From Scenedesmus sp. PABB004 (Eukaryota): a stretch of 64,000 nt of DNA. Location of the stretch: assembly GCA_014905635.1 (NCBI GenBank), contig JABVCE010000016.1, forward strand, positions 372,001 to 436,000, written 5' to 3'. The notes beneath the pieces were generated by a model. It saw only the letters and a program-made list of their open reading frames with translations. It made no database searches and was not told the DNA's origin. The position numbers and the translations under genes were made by a program. Within the stretch, counting starts at the first letter, position 1; every line of letters begins with the position of its first letter. Of the stretch, positions 1-12,200 are shown in pieces.

Positions 1-1018
1 TACCACGGCCTGCCGCCCACCCAGCGGGCGTCGACCGACTACGGCATCCTGCACGCCACGACCGACAGGTCGGGGCGCGTCGTTGACGTCACGCTCTGGC
101 GCGCCGGCTTTGCCGAGGAGCGGGAGGTGCTGGTGAGGCCGCCGCGCCGCGCCGCGGCGGCCGCGCACCCGCACGCCAGCGCGCGCCCGGCGCGCCGAGC
201 CGCCGCCGCGGCGCGCTGTCCCGCCGCCGCTGCCCCGCAGCTGCGGGAGCCGGGCCTGGATGACGTGATCACGCCGCTACACGCCATCACGGAGCAGCCG
301 TTCTGGCAGCCGAGCAAGAGCCTGCAGCTGCGCATGGTCAACCACGCGCATGCGATCATCGAGGTGCTCAACCAGGTGCGGCGCCCGCGGCGCCGGGGCT
401 GGCCGGCGCGCGCCCTCGGCCGCCGCTGTGTGTGCGTGTGCGCATGCGCGCGCGCGCCCGGCCCCCACCGCCTGCACGCGTCGCGTCGCGTCGCCGCGCC
501 GCGTCGCGTCCCCGCGCCCAGGGCGGCAAGTTCCTGGACACCTTGGACGACGTGGCGGCGCCGGGCGTGGTGCTGATCGACGGCATGGCCATCTGGGGGC
601 CGCGCAAGGCGACCGGCCTGCCCGCGCTCAAGCTCTGGCTCGCCGGGTGGCTGCAGCGCTTCGCCGTCACCGCCGCGCCCACCGCGACCGCCGCGACGCC
701 GGGCAGCAACAAGGCGCGCGGCGCGCGGCGCGCGGCGCGCGGCGCGCGGCGCCGCCCGGGAGAGCACGCCGCGCCGCGCCGGCGCCGCGCTGAGACGCCC
801 GCGCCGCGCGCAGGTGTTTGCGTGCTTCCGCCTGCTGCTGGATGCCGGCGGCGGCCGCCCGCCGGACCAGGTGGAGGGCTGCTGGATGATGGTGTTCAGC
901 ATCAACGGCCGCATCACGCACATGGTTGTGTACCGCAACGGGACGCCCCAGGAGGCGGCTGAGCGGTTCATCGGCGGCCGCACCACGCAGCGCCGCAGCG
1001 GCAGCAGCAGCAGTGACC

Positions 1019-1104
<86 letters not shown>

Positions 1105-1185
1105 AGTAGCAGCGGCGGCGGCAGCAGTAGCGGCAGGGGCGCAGCGCCGCGGCGAGGCGGGCCGGCGCTGGCGGAGTCGCGATGA
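1..1185 (+). CDS. 5'-partial hypothetical protein, possible NTF2/SnoaL-like fold, with poly-Gly C-terminal tail
   Basis: Spliced frame 1-132, 241-376, 521-713, 814-1185 reads YHGLPPTQRASTDYGILH...GGKFLDTLDDVAAPGVVLIDG...EGCWMMVFSINGRITHMVVYRN. The ending resembles the terminal strands of SnoaL-like proteins (inference). The third intron has a GC donor. Confidence 0.6.
1021..1104 (+). repeat. (GGC)28 trinucleotide repeat encoding poly-glycine
   Basis: Perfect GGC run inside the last exon of the first gene. Confidence 0.95.
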
Positions 1186-1234
1186 GAGGGCTGTTGCTTT
1201 TCAAGTAACATTACAAGCTCCAGACACCGCGGCG

Positions 1235-2003
1235 TCACCACCAGCGCCACCACGACCCGCCGACGCCATACTGCCGCAGCTCGCGCTTGACGCCTGCGAG
1301 CGCCGCGCGCGTCTCCGGCGTCCGCGGCAGCGCCGCCAGCTCGTCGAGCTGCGCCTGCAGCTCGGCCTGCGCGCGCGGGCCGCGTCGGCGTGTGCGGCGC
1401 GTTTGAGGGCGCGGCACGCGCGGGCGCGGCGGCCCGCGCGTCGCGCCGCGCCGCAGCACCTTGCGCTCCGCGACCAGCTCCGCCAGCGGCCGCGGCGGCG
1501 GCGGCGGCGGCGGCTCCTCGATGTGCCGCAGCGAGCGCGCGGCGGAGGTGATGAACGACCCCACGAAAAACATCGCCACCAGCCCCCCCGCCGCGACGCC
1601 CGTCGCCAGCGCGGCTGCGCCGTGGTGCGGCGCGGCCGCGGCGTCAGCTGGCGGCGGCGCGGCGTGGCTGCCGGGGCTGCGGCGGCGGGCGGCGGCGCGG
1701 CGGCGGCGCTCACTCGACCAGATGAGGTTGCTGGTTGTGAAGAGCATGGACGGCAGCGACTGCTGCAGCTCCTCCTCGGTCAGCTGCTCGGGCCTCTTCA
1801 TCTTGGGCGCGCCTACGAGCGGCCGGGCGGCGCCGAGTCGGAGGCGGCGGCGCCGCGCGGGCGCGCTGGCGCCTGCAGCGCCGCGTAGGCGGCGCCGCAC
1901 CCGGCGGCGCGCCGCTGCACCACCTCCTGCTGAATGCTGCCTGCTGCTGTCCCGGCTGCGCCAGCAGCAGCTGCCGCGCCCGGGCGCCCGCCGTGCGGAG
2001 CAT
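1235..2003 (-). CDS. small single-TM protein with a mitochondrial-type presequence (hypothetical)
   Basis: Four exons: MLRTAGARARQLLLAQPGQQQAAFSRRWCSGAPP|GAPKMKRPEQLTEEELQQSLPSMLFTTSNLIWS|TALATGVAAGGLVAMFFVGSFITSAARSLRH...ERK|AELQAQLDEL...GGSWWRWW*. TGTAA lies on the minus strand at 1211-1215. Confidence 0.7.
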
Positions 2004-2417
2004 GGCGGCGACGCCGCTGCTGCTGCCGCCGCTGCGGGGTGGATGCGGGTCGAAAGCGCAGGCACGGGCGCGAGATGACGAGAGGGTTGATGCGTGGAGG
2101 CGACGGTGGCCAGCAACGAGTGGCAGGGCCGCGTCGCGCGCGGCCTGGGCGCCGCGATGCACCGGGCACCCCAGCAGTCGCGCGCAACAAAACCCGGGCT
2201 ACAACAGTCGTTCTTTGGACACTGGCCCGCCCCATTCTCTTACCCGACAACGTCAGCACGCCGCGGCCGGCGCCGCGGCGGCGGCAGCAGCGCGGAGCAC
2301 CGAGCGCGCGGAGCGGCGCGGCGCGCCGCTGCCGCGTCGCTGCCGTCGCCAGGGACCTTTGCAGGGACCTCTTCAGGAACAGACGCCCCCGCAGCGAGTG
2401 CACGGGAGAGGGAGGAG

Positions 2418-5086
2418 ATGCCGAACACGCGGGGGCTGCTCCAGTTCACGCGTGCGGCGCCGCCACGCAGCTGCCACCGCCGGCCGCGCGGCCGCGCGCG
2501 CTCGCGCCGCCAGCCCCCGCGCCGCGCGCGCCCGGCCGCCGCAGTCAAGTCCGCCGCCGACCTGCACAAGCACGACAAGTTTGGCAAGCAGCAGCCGTAC
2601 TGCCGGGTCGACTGCGGCAAGTTCACCGTGCGCTGCAAGACCGCCAAGGGTGCGCACGACCGGCGCCGCGTGCGCCGGCGGTGTGGCCACGCTGACGCCG
2701 CGCGTTGCCCGCAGATGGCGGCACGAGCCCGGTGTGGGGCGAGACTCTCTTCTTCCAGGTCAGCGATGAGCTGGAGCTGGTCGTCACGGTGCGGGCCGCT
2801 GGCTCGGGAAGCGCGGATGACGCCGGCGCCGCCGAGCCCAGCCCCGCACGCCCGCGCCGCGCGCGGCCGCGGCGCCGCAGGTGTTTGCGGAGCACGCGCT
2901 CAGCCGCGACGCGCTGCTGGGCGTCGCAGTCGTCCCGCTCGGAGAGGTGGGCGGCGCCGCGTGCGGCGGCGCGGCGCGGCGCGGCCCGGCGCGCGCATCA
3001 ACGCGCCGGCGGCGGCGCGTGGCGCAGGTGCGGCAGAGCGGCAGCGAGCTGGTCGCGGTGCCGGTGGAGCTCAAGGGCCGGCAGGCGGGCACGCTGCACG
3101 CGGCGCTGGAGTTGAAGGGGCCAACCGTCACCGCGTTCGGGCAGGTCGGGCAGGTGGGTGCGTCCGCGGCGGCGGCAACGGCGGCGGGCGCAGCTCACTG
3201 ACGCCGCGCCGGCCTGCCCGTGCGGCAGGGCCTGCGGCCGCCGGTGTTTGGCGCGGCCATCCCGGGCGCCGCCACGCCCGGGGCCGGGGGCGGCGGCTCC
3301 AGCCTCATGCTGGCCAGCATGCCGATCCGCCTGCTGCAGCAGCACTCGGGGCAGGCGCTGCTCGCGGCGGCAGCGCAGCAGCAGGCGGTCGCGCAGCAGG
3401 CGCAGCAGGCGCCGTTTCAGCAGCCGCACGCGCAGCCGCCGGCGGCGATGCCGTGCGGCGCGCAGCAGCCGGGCGCGCAGCTGCAGCCAGTGCCGCCGCC
3501 GCTGGCGCAGCAGCAGCACCAGCAGCAGGCGCAACAGGCGCAGCCGCAGCCGCAGCAGCAGCAGCTGCAGCAGCAGCCGCAGCAGCAGCAGCCGCAGGAG
3601 CAGCAGCAGCCGGATGCGGCGGCGGAGGCAGCTGCGGCAGCGGTGGCGGCGGCGGCGGACGCAGAGGCGCGCGCGCTGATCATGCAGCGCCAGCTGTCGG
3701 TGTCCGCGCCCGTCCTGCAGCACGACGCGGCGGCGCTGCAGCAGCTCTACGCGCAGCAGCTGGCGCAGTTCGCGCTGCTGCAGGCGCAGCTGCTCAGCAG
3801 CCTGCCGCCCGAGCTGCGCGCGGCGGCGGCGCAGCAGCACGTGCTCGCGCAGCAGCAGCTGCTGGCGCAGGCGTCGGCGTCGGCGCTGCAGCCGGCGGCG
3901 CAGCGCGGGCCGCAGCCGGGCGACGGCGCGGCGCTGCCGCGCCAGCCGTTACGGACGGCGGCCGACCTGTTCCGCCCAGGCTTGGGCGCGGGCCTCGACC
4001 AGCTGCTGTCGCGGGCAAGCGGCGAGGCGCTGCCGGGCGGCGGACCCCCTGGCGGCGGCGGCGGCGGCGCCGGCGCCGGCGGCCTCGAGCTGCCGCCGCC
4101 GGCGCCGGTCGACGGCATGCTGTCGGTCGGCAGCGCCAGCAGCACGCCGATGAGCTTCGACATGGGCCGCCTGCAGGCCATCATAGCCAAGGTCTATCCT
4201 GAGCGCAGCAGCGCTGGCTGCGCCCCGGAGCAGCACGCGCAGGCGCAGGCGCCGCCGGCGGGCGCGGGCGCGGGCGCGGCGGCCCCGCCCTGGCGGCCGG
4301 CGGCGGCGGCGGGCGCGCTGCCCCCCAACTCGATCGGCGCGTTTGGCGCCGCGACGGCGCTGGCGGCGGCCGCCGCTGGCATCGCGTACGAGCCCGGCAG
4401 CCCGCCCGGCGCGGCGCAGCGGCCGGCCAGCCCCGGCGGCGCGGGCGCGCCGGGCGCGGTTGGCGGCCTGGCGTCCGAGCCGGCGGCGCCGGCGGGGGGC
4501 GCCAGCACGCCCGCACCGTCCAGCGGCTCGTCCGACCTGCCTGTGCCGTCCAGCACGTACTGGGCCGGGGACGCGCCGAGCTCCTCACGCAGCAGCGGGC
4601 CGCCGGTGGGCTCGAGCTCGCTCAGCAGCGGCGGGCCGGCGCGGCTGCTGCTGCCGCCGCCGCTGGCGAGCGCGCTGTCCGCGCCGGCGGCGCCCGGCGC
4701 CGCGCAGCAGCTGCCCGCCGACGTGTCGGCGGTGCTCGCGCGCGAGCTGGCGCGGCTGCGCGAGACGGCGCCCGTGCTCGCCGAGGTGCTGGGCCTCGGC
4801 GCGGCGCCCGCTGCGCCCACGGCGGGGGAGCTGGCGCAGGCCGCGGCAGCCGGCAGCGACGCCGGCGCCGGCGGCGCTGAGCTGCTCGAGGCGCGGCTGG
4901 CCGACGCGGTGGCGCAGTGCGGCGCGCTGGCCGACGCGCTGCGGGTGCGGCGCGGCAAGCGGGCGCTCCACCACTGGCCGTGGCCGTGCTGCGCACCCCG
5001 CCCACCGTCACTCCGCTGCGCCGCAGGCGCGCGACGAGGAGCTCGCGGCGCTGCGGCGGCGCCTGGCCGAGCTCGAGGGCGCGTGA
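2418..5086 (+). CDS. C2-domain protein with long Gln/Ala/Pro-rich region and C-terminal coiled coil
   Basis: Spliced N-terminus GLLQFTLKSAADLHKHDKFGKQQPYCRVDCGKFTVRCKTAKDGGTSPVWGETLFFQV...VFAEHALSRDALLGVAVVPL matches the C2 consensus. Ends ARDEELAALRRRLAELEGA*. Confidence 0.85.
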
Positions 5087-5280
5087 CCTAGGCCCTGGTC
5101 CGGCGGCGCAAGGGGGTGTTTGCCCTGCCGCGCGCCGCCCTCGTGGACGCGGCTCATCCAGCGGCGGCGCACGCCCTGCGGCGCACGTTTCCGGCGGCGA
5201 TCTCGGCCCGCCGCTGCCGCCGCCGCCGCCGTCGCCGGCCGCCTCCGCGCGCTCATTGCCCGCCTCTCATTGCCGGCGCG

Positions 5281-7135
5281 ATGGACGCGGCAGGCGCGGA
5301 CCAGCCTGGCGCGCTGGTGTTCGAGCTGGGCGCGCCGAAGCGGCGGCAGCGGCTGCTCGTCAAGACATCGGCCTCGGCGCGGGCGGCCGTGGCGCACAGC
5401 AGCGGCCGCGCGGCGCGGTCCGGCGCGCCCAGGGGCGGCCGGGGGCCCTGCTTCGCGTCGATGACCTCGGCGAGGCAGGGCGACGGCGGCGGCGGTGCGG
5501 GTGGGCGCGGCGCGCAGCAGCGGCGCGCTGCTGCCGCCGCGGCGGCCGCGTCGCCGCGCCGGTGCCCCGGCCGCCACCACCACGAACCAGCGCTCCTCAC
5601 GCCCCTGTCCGCGCCGCAGGCGCCACGCGGGCGATGCCGCTGTTCATGGTTGCCTCGGCGGCGGAGGCCAAGCCGAGCGCCGCCGCGTCGAGCGCGCCGT
5701 CGTGGCGCCTCGTCGCGGCCAACCTCGCGGCGGGCGCGACCGCCGGCTGCGCCGTGGAGGCAGGTGCGCTGCCGCGCCGCGCCGCGCCGCTCCGCCGGCG
5801 GCCGCACGCTCGCCCGTCGCGGCGGCGGCCCGCCGTCTGGCAGAGAGCTTCACTGCCCGCCCGCGACCACGCGCGCGCGCAGCGCTGTACCCCATCGACA
5901 CCATCAAGACGCGCCTGCAGGCCATGATCGGCGGCGGCGGCATCAAGGCGCTGCTCTCCTCCGGCGGCGGGCGCGGCCTCTACGCCGGCGTGTGGGGCAA
6001 CCTCGCGGGTGGGCCGCCGCCGCGCCGCCCCCGCCGCCGCCGCCGGCGCCCCCGCCGCCGCCGCCGCGCCGCCGCGCCTGCCGCGGCACCCCGACGCGCT
6101 GCACCCCCGCGCCGCCGCCGCGCGCCGCAGGCGTGGCGCCGTCGTCTGCCATCTTCATGGCCGTGTATGAGCCGGTCAAGCACTGGGTCTACCGCAACAG
6201 CGATGCGGAGCAGCACTGGCTCGGGCCCGTGCTTGCCGGCGCGGCCGCGGGCGCGGCGGCGTCGCTCACGCGCGTGCCGACCGAGGTCATCAAGCAGCGC
6301 CTGCAGACGCGCGAGTTTGCGGGCGCGCTCGGCGCGGTGCGGCGCGCTGCAGCGCCACGCGCACACGCACATGCACACGCCCCCGCCGCCGCGCCGCGCC
6401 GCGCCGCGCCGACGGCGCCGCGCCGCGCCGCTTCCGCCGCGCCGCGCCGCTTCCGCCGCGCCGCGCCGCCAGGTGCGCGCGATCCTCGCCCGCGAGGGCG
6501 TGCGCGGGCTGTACGCCGGCTACGGCGCCTTCCTGCTGCGCGACCTGCCGTTTGACGCGATCGAGTTTGTCGCGTACGAGCAGCTGCGCAAGGCGGCCGG
6601 CCGCGTGCTGCGCCGCGACCCCAACCCGCTCGAGGTCTCGCTCGTCGGCGCGGTCGCGGGCGGCTTCACCGGTGCGCCGCGGCCCCCCGCGCCGCGCGCG
6701 CCGCGCGGGCTCCGCTCCGCTCCGCCGCCGGCTCTGCCGCCGCCGCCGCCGCCGACCAGCCCCGGCGCCGCGCCGCGCGCGCCCCCGCGCGCGCGCGCAG
6801 GCATCGTGACGACGCCCCTGGACGTGCTCAAGACGCGGCTGATGACGCAGGGCACGAGCGGGCGCTACACGAGCCTGCTCGACGCGACGCTCACGATCGC
6901 GCGCACGGAGGGCCTCGCCGCGTTCATGTCTGGCTGGCAGCCGCGGCTCATCTGGATCAGCCTCGGCGGCTTCGTTTTCTTCCCCGCGCTCGAGGCCGCG
7001 AAGAAGCTGTACAGCCCCGACGGCGCGGCGATGCACGCGCCGCCGACCGACGCGGCGTTTGTGATCGAGGAGCTCGAGGCCGAGGCCGAGGCGCGGCGCG
7101 GCGCCAAGCGCGGCGGCGGCGGCGGCGGCAAGTGA
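5281..7135 (+). CDS. SAMC1: mitochondrial carrier family protein, S-adenosylmethionine carrier (SAMC1-like)
   Basis: Three carrier signatures (YPIDTIKTRLQ, VPTEVIKQRLQ, TPLDVLKTRLM), plus the LLRDLPFDAIEFVAYEQL motif typical of plant SAM carriers and an N-terminal extension. Confidence 0.88.
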
Positions 7136-7453
7136 GCGCGCGGCGCGCGGCGCCGGCGCGCAGGGCCTGTGTGCACTCGGGGGCCCGCCTGACGCCGGGC
7201 TCGCAACCTCGGTCCCACGAGAGAGGGAGCCCCGCTCGGGAGACCTGCTGACCGCAGGGTCGTTGCTCCTGGGCCCGCGTCGCGAGCGCGCCCGCGCCGC
7301 CCGCCCGGCTGGAGACACGAGCGGAGCAGCCGCGTTCAGCCAGCGACGCACCAGCGCCCCCGACAGCCGCGCCAGCTGGCGCCGCGCAGCGCGCTGCCCC
7401 GCCGCGCCAGCGCGCCGCTGGGCGGCCGGCCCTGAGCGCGGCTCCTGGCCAGG

Positions 7454-8077
7454 ATGCCCCTGTCCGCCTACGAGCTCGCGGCGGGCGGCGGGGGCGACGC
7501 GGCGCGCCTGTGCTGCGCCATCCTGCTGCTCAACAGCGCGGCCTGGCTGCTGCAGCGCAGCCGCGCCGGCTACGCGCAGCAGCACCGCACGCGGCTGCTG
7601 GCGGAGATCGCGGCGCTGCGGAAGCAGGCGGCCGCGCTCAACGCGCCCGCCACCTACGCCAAGGCCGCCAAGGCGCAGCGCCTGGCCAACGCCAAGGAGA
7701 AGGAGCTGGCGGGCCTGGCGAGCTCGCCGCCCCGCGGCGGCGCCGGCGGCGCCGGCGCCGCGGGCGGCCTCGCGGCGCGCGCCGGCCCGGCGCTCGCGGC
7801 GGCCAAGGCCGCGCTCATCGCGCTCGCCGTCGTCGCGTGGTGGGGCCGCGCGCTGCTGCACATCCCGCCGGCCCTCACCTGGCCGTTTGACCGGCTGCTC
7901 GCCTTCCCGCATGCGAGCAACCACCTCGACGTCGGCGCGGTCACGGTGCTGCCGTGGGTCGCGGTCTGCGACCGCGCGAGCCGCGCGCTCGCACGCGCGC
8001 TCTTCCCCCAGCAGCTGCTCGACCTGCGCACGTCGCCGCTGCCGCCGCTCGCGGAGGAGCCGGAGCACGTGCAGTGA
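7454..8077 (+). CDS. GET1: GET1/WRB-like tail-anchored protein insertion receptor (intronless)
   Basis: TM helix followed by the coiled coil EIAALRKQAAALNAPATYAKAAKAQRLANAKEKEL, then hydrophobic segments including WPFDRLLAFP and VTVLPWVAVC. Confidence 0.8.
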   Translation: MPLSAYELAAGGGGDAARLCCAILLLNSAAWLLQRSRAGYAQQHRTRLLAEIAALRKQAAALNAPATYAKAAKAQRLANAKEKELAGLASSPPRGGAGGAGAAGGLAARAGPALAAAKAALIALAVVAWWGRALLHIPPALTWPFDRLLAFPHASNHLDVGAVTVLPWVAVCDRASRALARALFPQQLLDLRTSPLPPLAEEPEHVQ

Positions 8078-8713
8078 GCGAGGGCGCCGCAGCGGCGCTG
8101 CAGCGGCGGCGTCGGGGCGGGCTCGGGGGGTGGGCAGCACTCTAGCCAGGCCACCGCCGCGCATTCGTCGGGGGGCGGGGGGAGGGGGGAGGCGGCGGCA
8201 AGACTTGCGGGCGGCCGCGCCGCGCGCCCCCGTCGGGCGGCGGCGCGGCGCCCTCGTGTGTGTGTGCGCACCGTGATTGTGCAGCGTTCAGGCTGTAGGC
8301 TTGTAGAGACCCTGGCAGCGCACGCAGCCGCGCGCTGCCCCCGCCGCGAGAGAAGAAGACGCCGCGCACTGCTGCCCCGTCCGCGAGCACTGCCGACACC
8401 CGGCTTTTTGGGCGCGCGCGCCGTTACACCTCGCGCACGCGCGCGCGCCGCACTCGCCGCACGCACGCTGCACGACCCCTGACCACCAAGCGAGCGGACC
8501 CCGACCTGACGCACGTGCGCGCCGCCGCGGGGCCACGCGGCGGCGCGCCCGCATCCCCATGATCGATCGACGGACGACGGATGACCGACCCAGGGGAGGG
8601 AGCCAGGAGGGAGGGGATCCGATGCGAGGCAACTTTGCCCGCACGCCGCGCCCGCCCGCGCGCCGCCCGCCCGGCCACACCGCCCGCCCGGCCACACCGG
8701 CCCGCGCGCCAGA

Positions 8714-9255
8714 TCACGCCGCGGCGCCGAAGCCGCGGATGATCTGGCGACAGAACGGGCACAGCGCCGGCCGGAAGTGGTGCAGCGTGCTGAGCTGGCG
8801 GCAGCACGCGACGCACAGCGTGTGCCCGCACGCCGAGAGCGCGACGCGCGCGACCGCGTCAAAGCAGACCTCGCACTCGTCGTCCAGCCCCTCGCTGCCG
8901 GCCTCGTCGCCCTCCAGGATGGCCGCGCCCGGCGGCGCCTGGATGACGGGAAGGTCGCACGCGCCACCGCCACCGCCCGCCGGGCCGTTGCCCGCCAGGC
9001 CGCCGCCCGCCGGGCCGCCGCCCGCCGGGCCGCCGCCCGCCGGGCCGCCGCCCGCCGGGCCGCCGCCCGCCGGGCCGCCGCCCGCCGGGCCGCCGCCCGC
9101 GGGCAGCGCAGCCGCCGCGTCCGCCGAGGACGCGAGCGACGTGCGCTGCGAGAGCGCGAGGTTGCTGCGCGAGCCGCCCGAGAGCAGGCGCCGCAGCGAG
9201 GGCTGCTTGGCGAGCGCGGCGTGGACCGAGCTGCTGCGAAGCCCGCTCGCGCTGC

Positions 9256-9287
<32 letters not shown>

Positions 9288-12200
9288 GCGGGTGCGCCGC
9301 CCGCCGCGCTGCCGCCGTCCGCCGACGCCGCGGAGCTGCCGCCGCCGCCGTCTGCCGCCGCGCCGGCCGCGAGCGCGCTGAAGGGCGTGGCCGCGGCCGT
9401 GGCCGCGGCCGCGCTGCTGCCGGCCGCCTCCACCGCGCCGCCCGGCCTGCCGCTGCTGCTCGCGAGCGAGCCGCGCCGGCTGGCCGCGGCCGTGGCCGAC
9501 GCGCGCCGCACGGCGCCCGCGACCGCGCCGCCGTCGTCGCTGTCCGTGAGCGCGAGCGAGGCGTTGAGCGCGCTGACGGCCGTCTGGAAGCTCACCATGC
9601 CTGCGGGGCGCGGGGCGCGCGTGCGGCGCGGCGGCGGGTGCTCGGCGCGCGCGTCGGGGGTGCGAGGTGCGCGGCGCCGGCGGGCCGCCGCCGCAAGGCG
9701 CGCGGCGCGCTGCGCTGTGGCGCCGCGCTGCGGCGCGGCGCCGCGCACCCGAGGCGAGCTTCATGAGCACCAACTGCTGCCGCATCGCGCCGGCGTCGTC
9801 GCCGATGAAGCTCGCGCGCGCGCCGAGCACCAGCTCCAGCGGGTTGTCCTCCTGCTGCTCTGGCGGCGGCGGCGGCGGCGGCGCGCCGCGGGGCCGAGCC
9901 GGCTCGGCCCGCCGCGCGGCGCCGGCTGCGGCGCCGGCGGCGGCGCCCCCGCGTGGTCGTCGTCGGCCGGCGTCGTGACGGCGGCGCTCGGCGGCAGCGC
10001 GTCGTCGTCGAGCAGCGCCCTGCGGGTGCGGTGCGCACGCGGTGAGCGGCCCTGGCGCGGCCCTGGCGCGGCCCGGTGGCGGCGCCCACTTTTTGCTCGG
10101 CGCGCGCCGGAAGCTCTGCATGCTGCGCCGCCAGCTGCGGCCGCTCGGCGTGCGCTCGTCGGGGCGGTCGAGCGGCTCGCCGGTCGCGCGGCGGGGCGCG
10201 CCGCGCGAGCCCTGCCGGCTGAAGCGGCTGCGCTCGCCGACCGCGCCCACGCTCTGCACGCGGCGGTGGTGCGGCGCGCCGGCGCCGCGGCTGTCGCCGC
10301 TGGCCGTGCTGCCGCCGTGCGCGCCGGTCGTGCTCACGCCGTCCGGCGCGGCGCCCAGCGGCAGGCTGCCGGCGCTCGCGGGCAGCCACAGCAGGACGGC
10401 CTCGTCGCCCGGCTGCCGCCCCGCCGGCGCGCCCTCCGGCACGGTCTGCTGCGTGCTGCTGCTGCCAAAGCTGCCCAGGCGCGGCAGCGCGGCCGCCGCG
10501 CGGCCGCCGCCCCAGCGGCCGGCGACGCCGTCGGGCGGCCCCGCGACGCTGCCGGCGGGCGTGCCAGCGACCGCCGACGTGCTGCCGGGGACGGTGCTGC
10601 TCGCGCCGGCGGTGCTGCTGGGCGCCGCGCTCGCCTCGCTGCCCGCGCCGCCGCTGTGCAGGCGCTGCAGCCGCGCCACGCTGGCGCCCGCCTCGGCCGG
10701 CGCCGCCGGGGCAAAGCCGTGAAAGCTGGACGAGCCCGGGCTCGCGGGGCCCGCGCCGCCGCCGGGTGCCTCTGGCCGCTCGGGCGGCGGCGCGCCGAGC
10801 GAAAAGCTCGGCTCGCCCTCGGCCACCGCCGCTGCGTCCCGCGCCGCGCCCGAGTCGAGGGACGCCACGTCCGCGCTGGACACCGACACCGTCGACGTCG
10901 TCCAGCGCTTGCGTGAGCTAGCCGCAAACGGCGACGCGAGCGGCGGCCCCGCAACCCCGGCGGCGGCCGCCGCCGCAGCCCCGACCGCCGCTGCCGGCGC
11001 GACCGCCGCCTCGCCAGCCGGCGCGGCCGCGCCGTGCGCGGCGGGCGCTCCCGCCGGCGCGCCCGCCGCTGGCTCTGCGGCCGCTGCGCCCGCCGCTGGC
11101 TCCGAGGCGGCTGCACCCGCCGCTGGCTCCGAGGCGGCTGCGCCCGCCAGCTCTGCGGCTGCTGCGGCCGCTGCGCCCACCGCCGGCTCTGCTGCCTCCA
11201 CCGCGCCGAGCTCGTCCGCGAGCTTCTGCTGCAGCGCCTGCGCCGCCAGGACCATCAGGCGCGGCGGCCCAAACATGCGCGCCGCGATGTCTGCGTTTGA
11301 AAACAGGAACGTGTAGCTGCGCGGGCGGGCGGCCGGGCGGGCGCGCGCGCGTGGGCGGCAGTCGGCCGCGGGCGCGGCGTGCGGTGTGCGGCCGCGCGGG
11401 GTGCATGGCGGCGCGCGGTGCGGTGCGCGGGGTGCAGGGCGGCGCCGCGCGCGCGCACGGGATGTCTGGGTGGAGGAGCTCGGCCAGGTGCGTGTGGCCC
11501 TTGGCCAGGGCAATGTGGTACGCCATCAGCCCGCGCCGGTTGCGCACGTGCCGCACGTCGTCTGCGCGCCGCCGGCGCAGCGCCGCGCGCCTGAGCGGCG
11601 CGCGCGGCACTCGGTGAGCGGGGCGCGCGGCCGGCAACCGCGGCCGGCCGCCGCGCCGCGTGCGCGTGCGGCGGCGCGCGCGCGCACCTGCGTGCCGCTC
11701 GCCCCACTGCCCCCGCGCCGCGGACATGACCTCGGTGCCCGCGGACAGCGTCTGCACGTGCGCCGCGAGCAGCAGCCGCACGACGTCGGCGTCGCCGGTG
11801 AACGCGGCGAGATGGAGGGGCGTGTTGCCGCCGCCCACGCGGATCCAGTCAACGTCGTTCGTGGAGTTGACTGCGCGCAGGCTCGCGTCGTACGACACCA
11901 GCGCCTGCCCCGCGGCGCGGTGCGGCGCGGCGCAGCGGCGCGCGTCAGGCCGGCGGCGGGCGGGCCGGCGCGGCCGCTGCCACTGGGCCGCGGCGCGGCG
12001 CGGCGCGGGGCGCGCGCGCGCGCCTGGATCGCGGTGCGGTGTCCGACCCAGACCGCGTAGTGCAGCGGGGTGAAGCCTGCCAGGTTGGCCACGTCTGGCA
12101 GGCGGGTGGCCTCGTCGTTTGGCCACGCGACGTGCGCAGCCCACTCGGGGCGCGGCGGGCCGTCGTGGGCAGCGAGCACGGCACTGATGCAGCCCGCGTG

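Noticed and set aside
3417..3683. Cys-rich metallothionein-like ORF on the minus strand
   Set aside because: It is the antisense reading of the CAG (poly-Gln) tract of the C2-domain gene.
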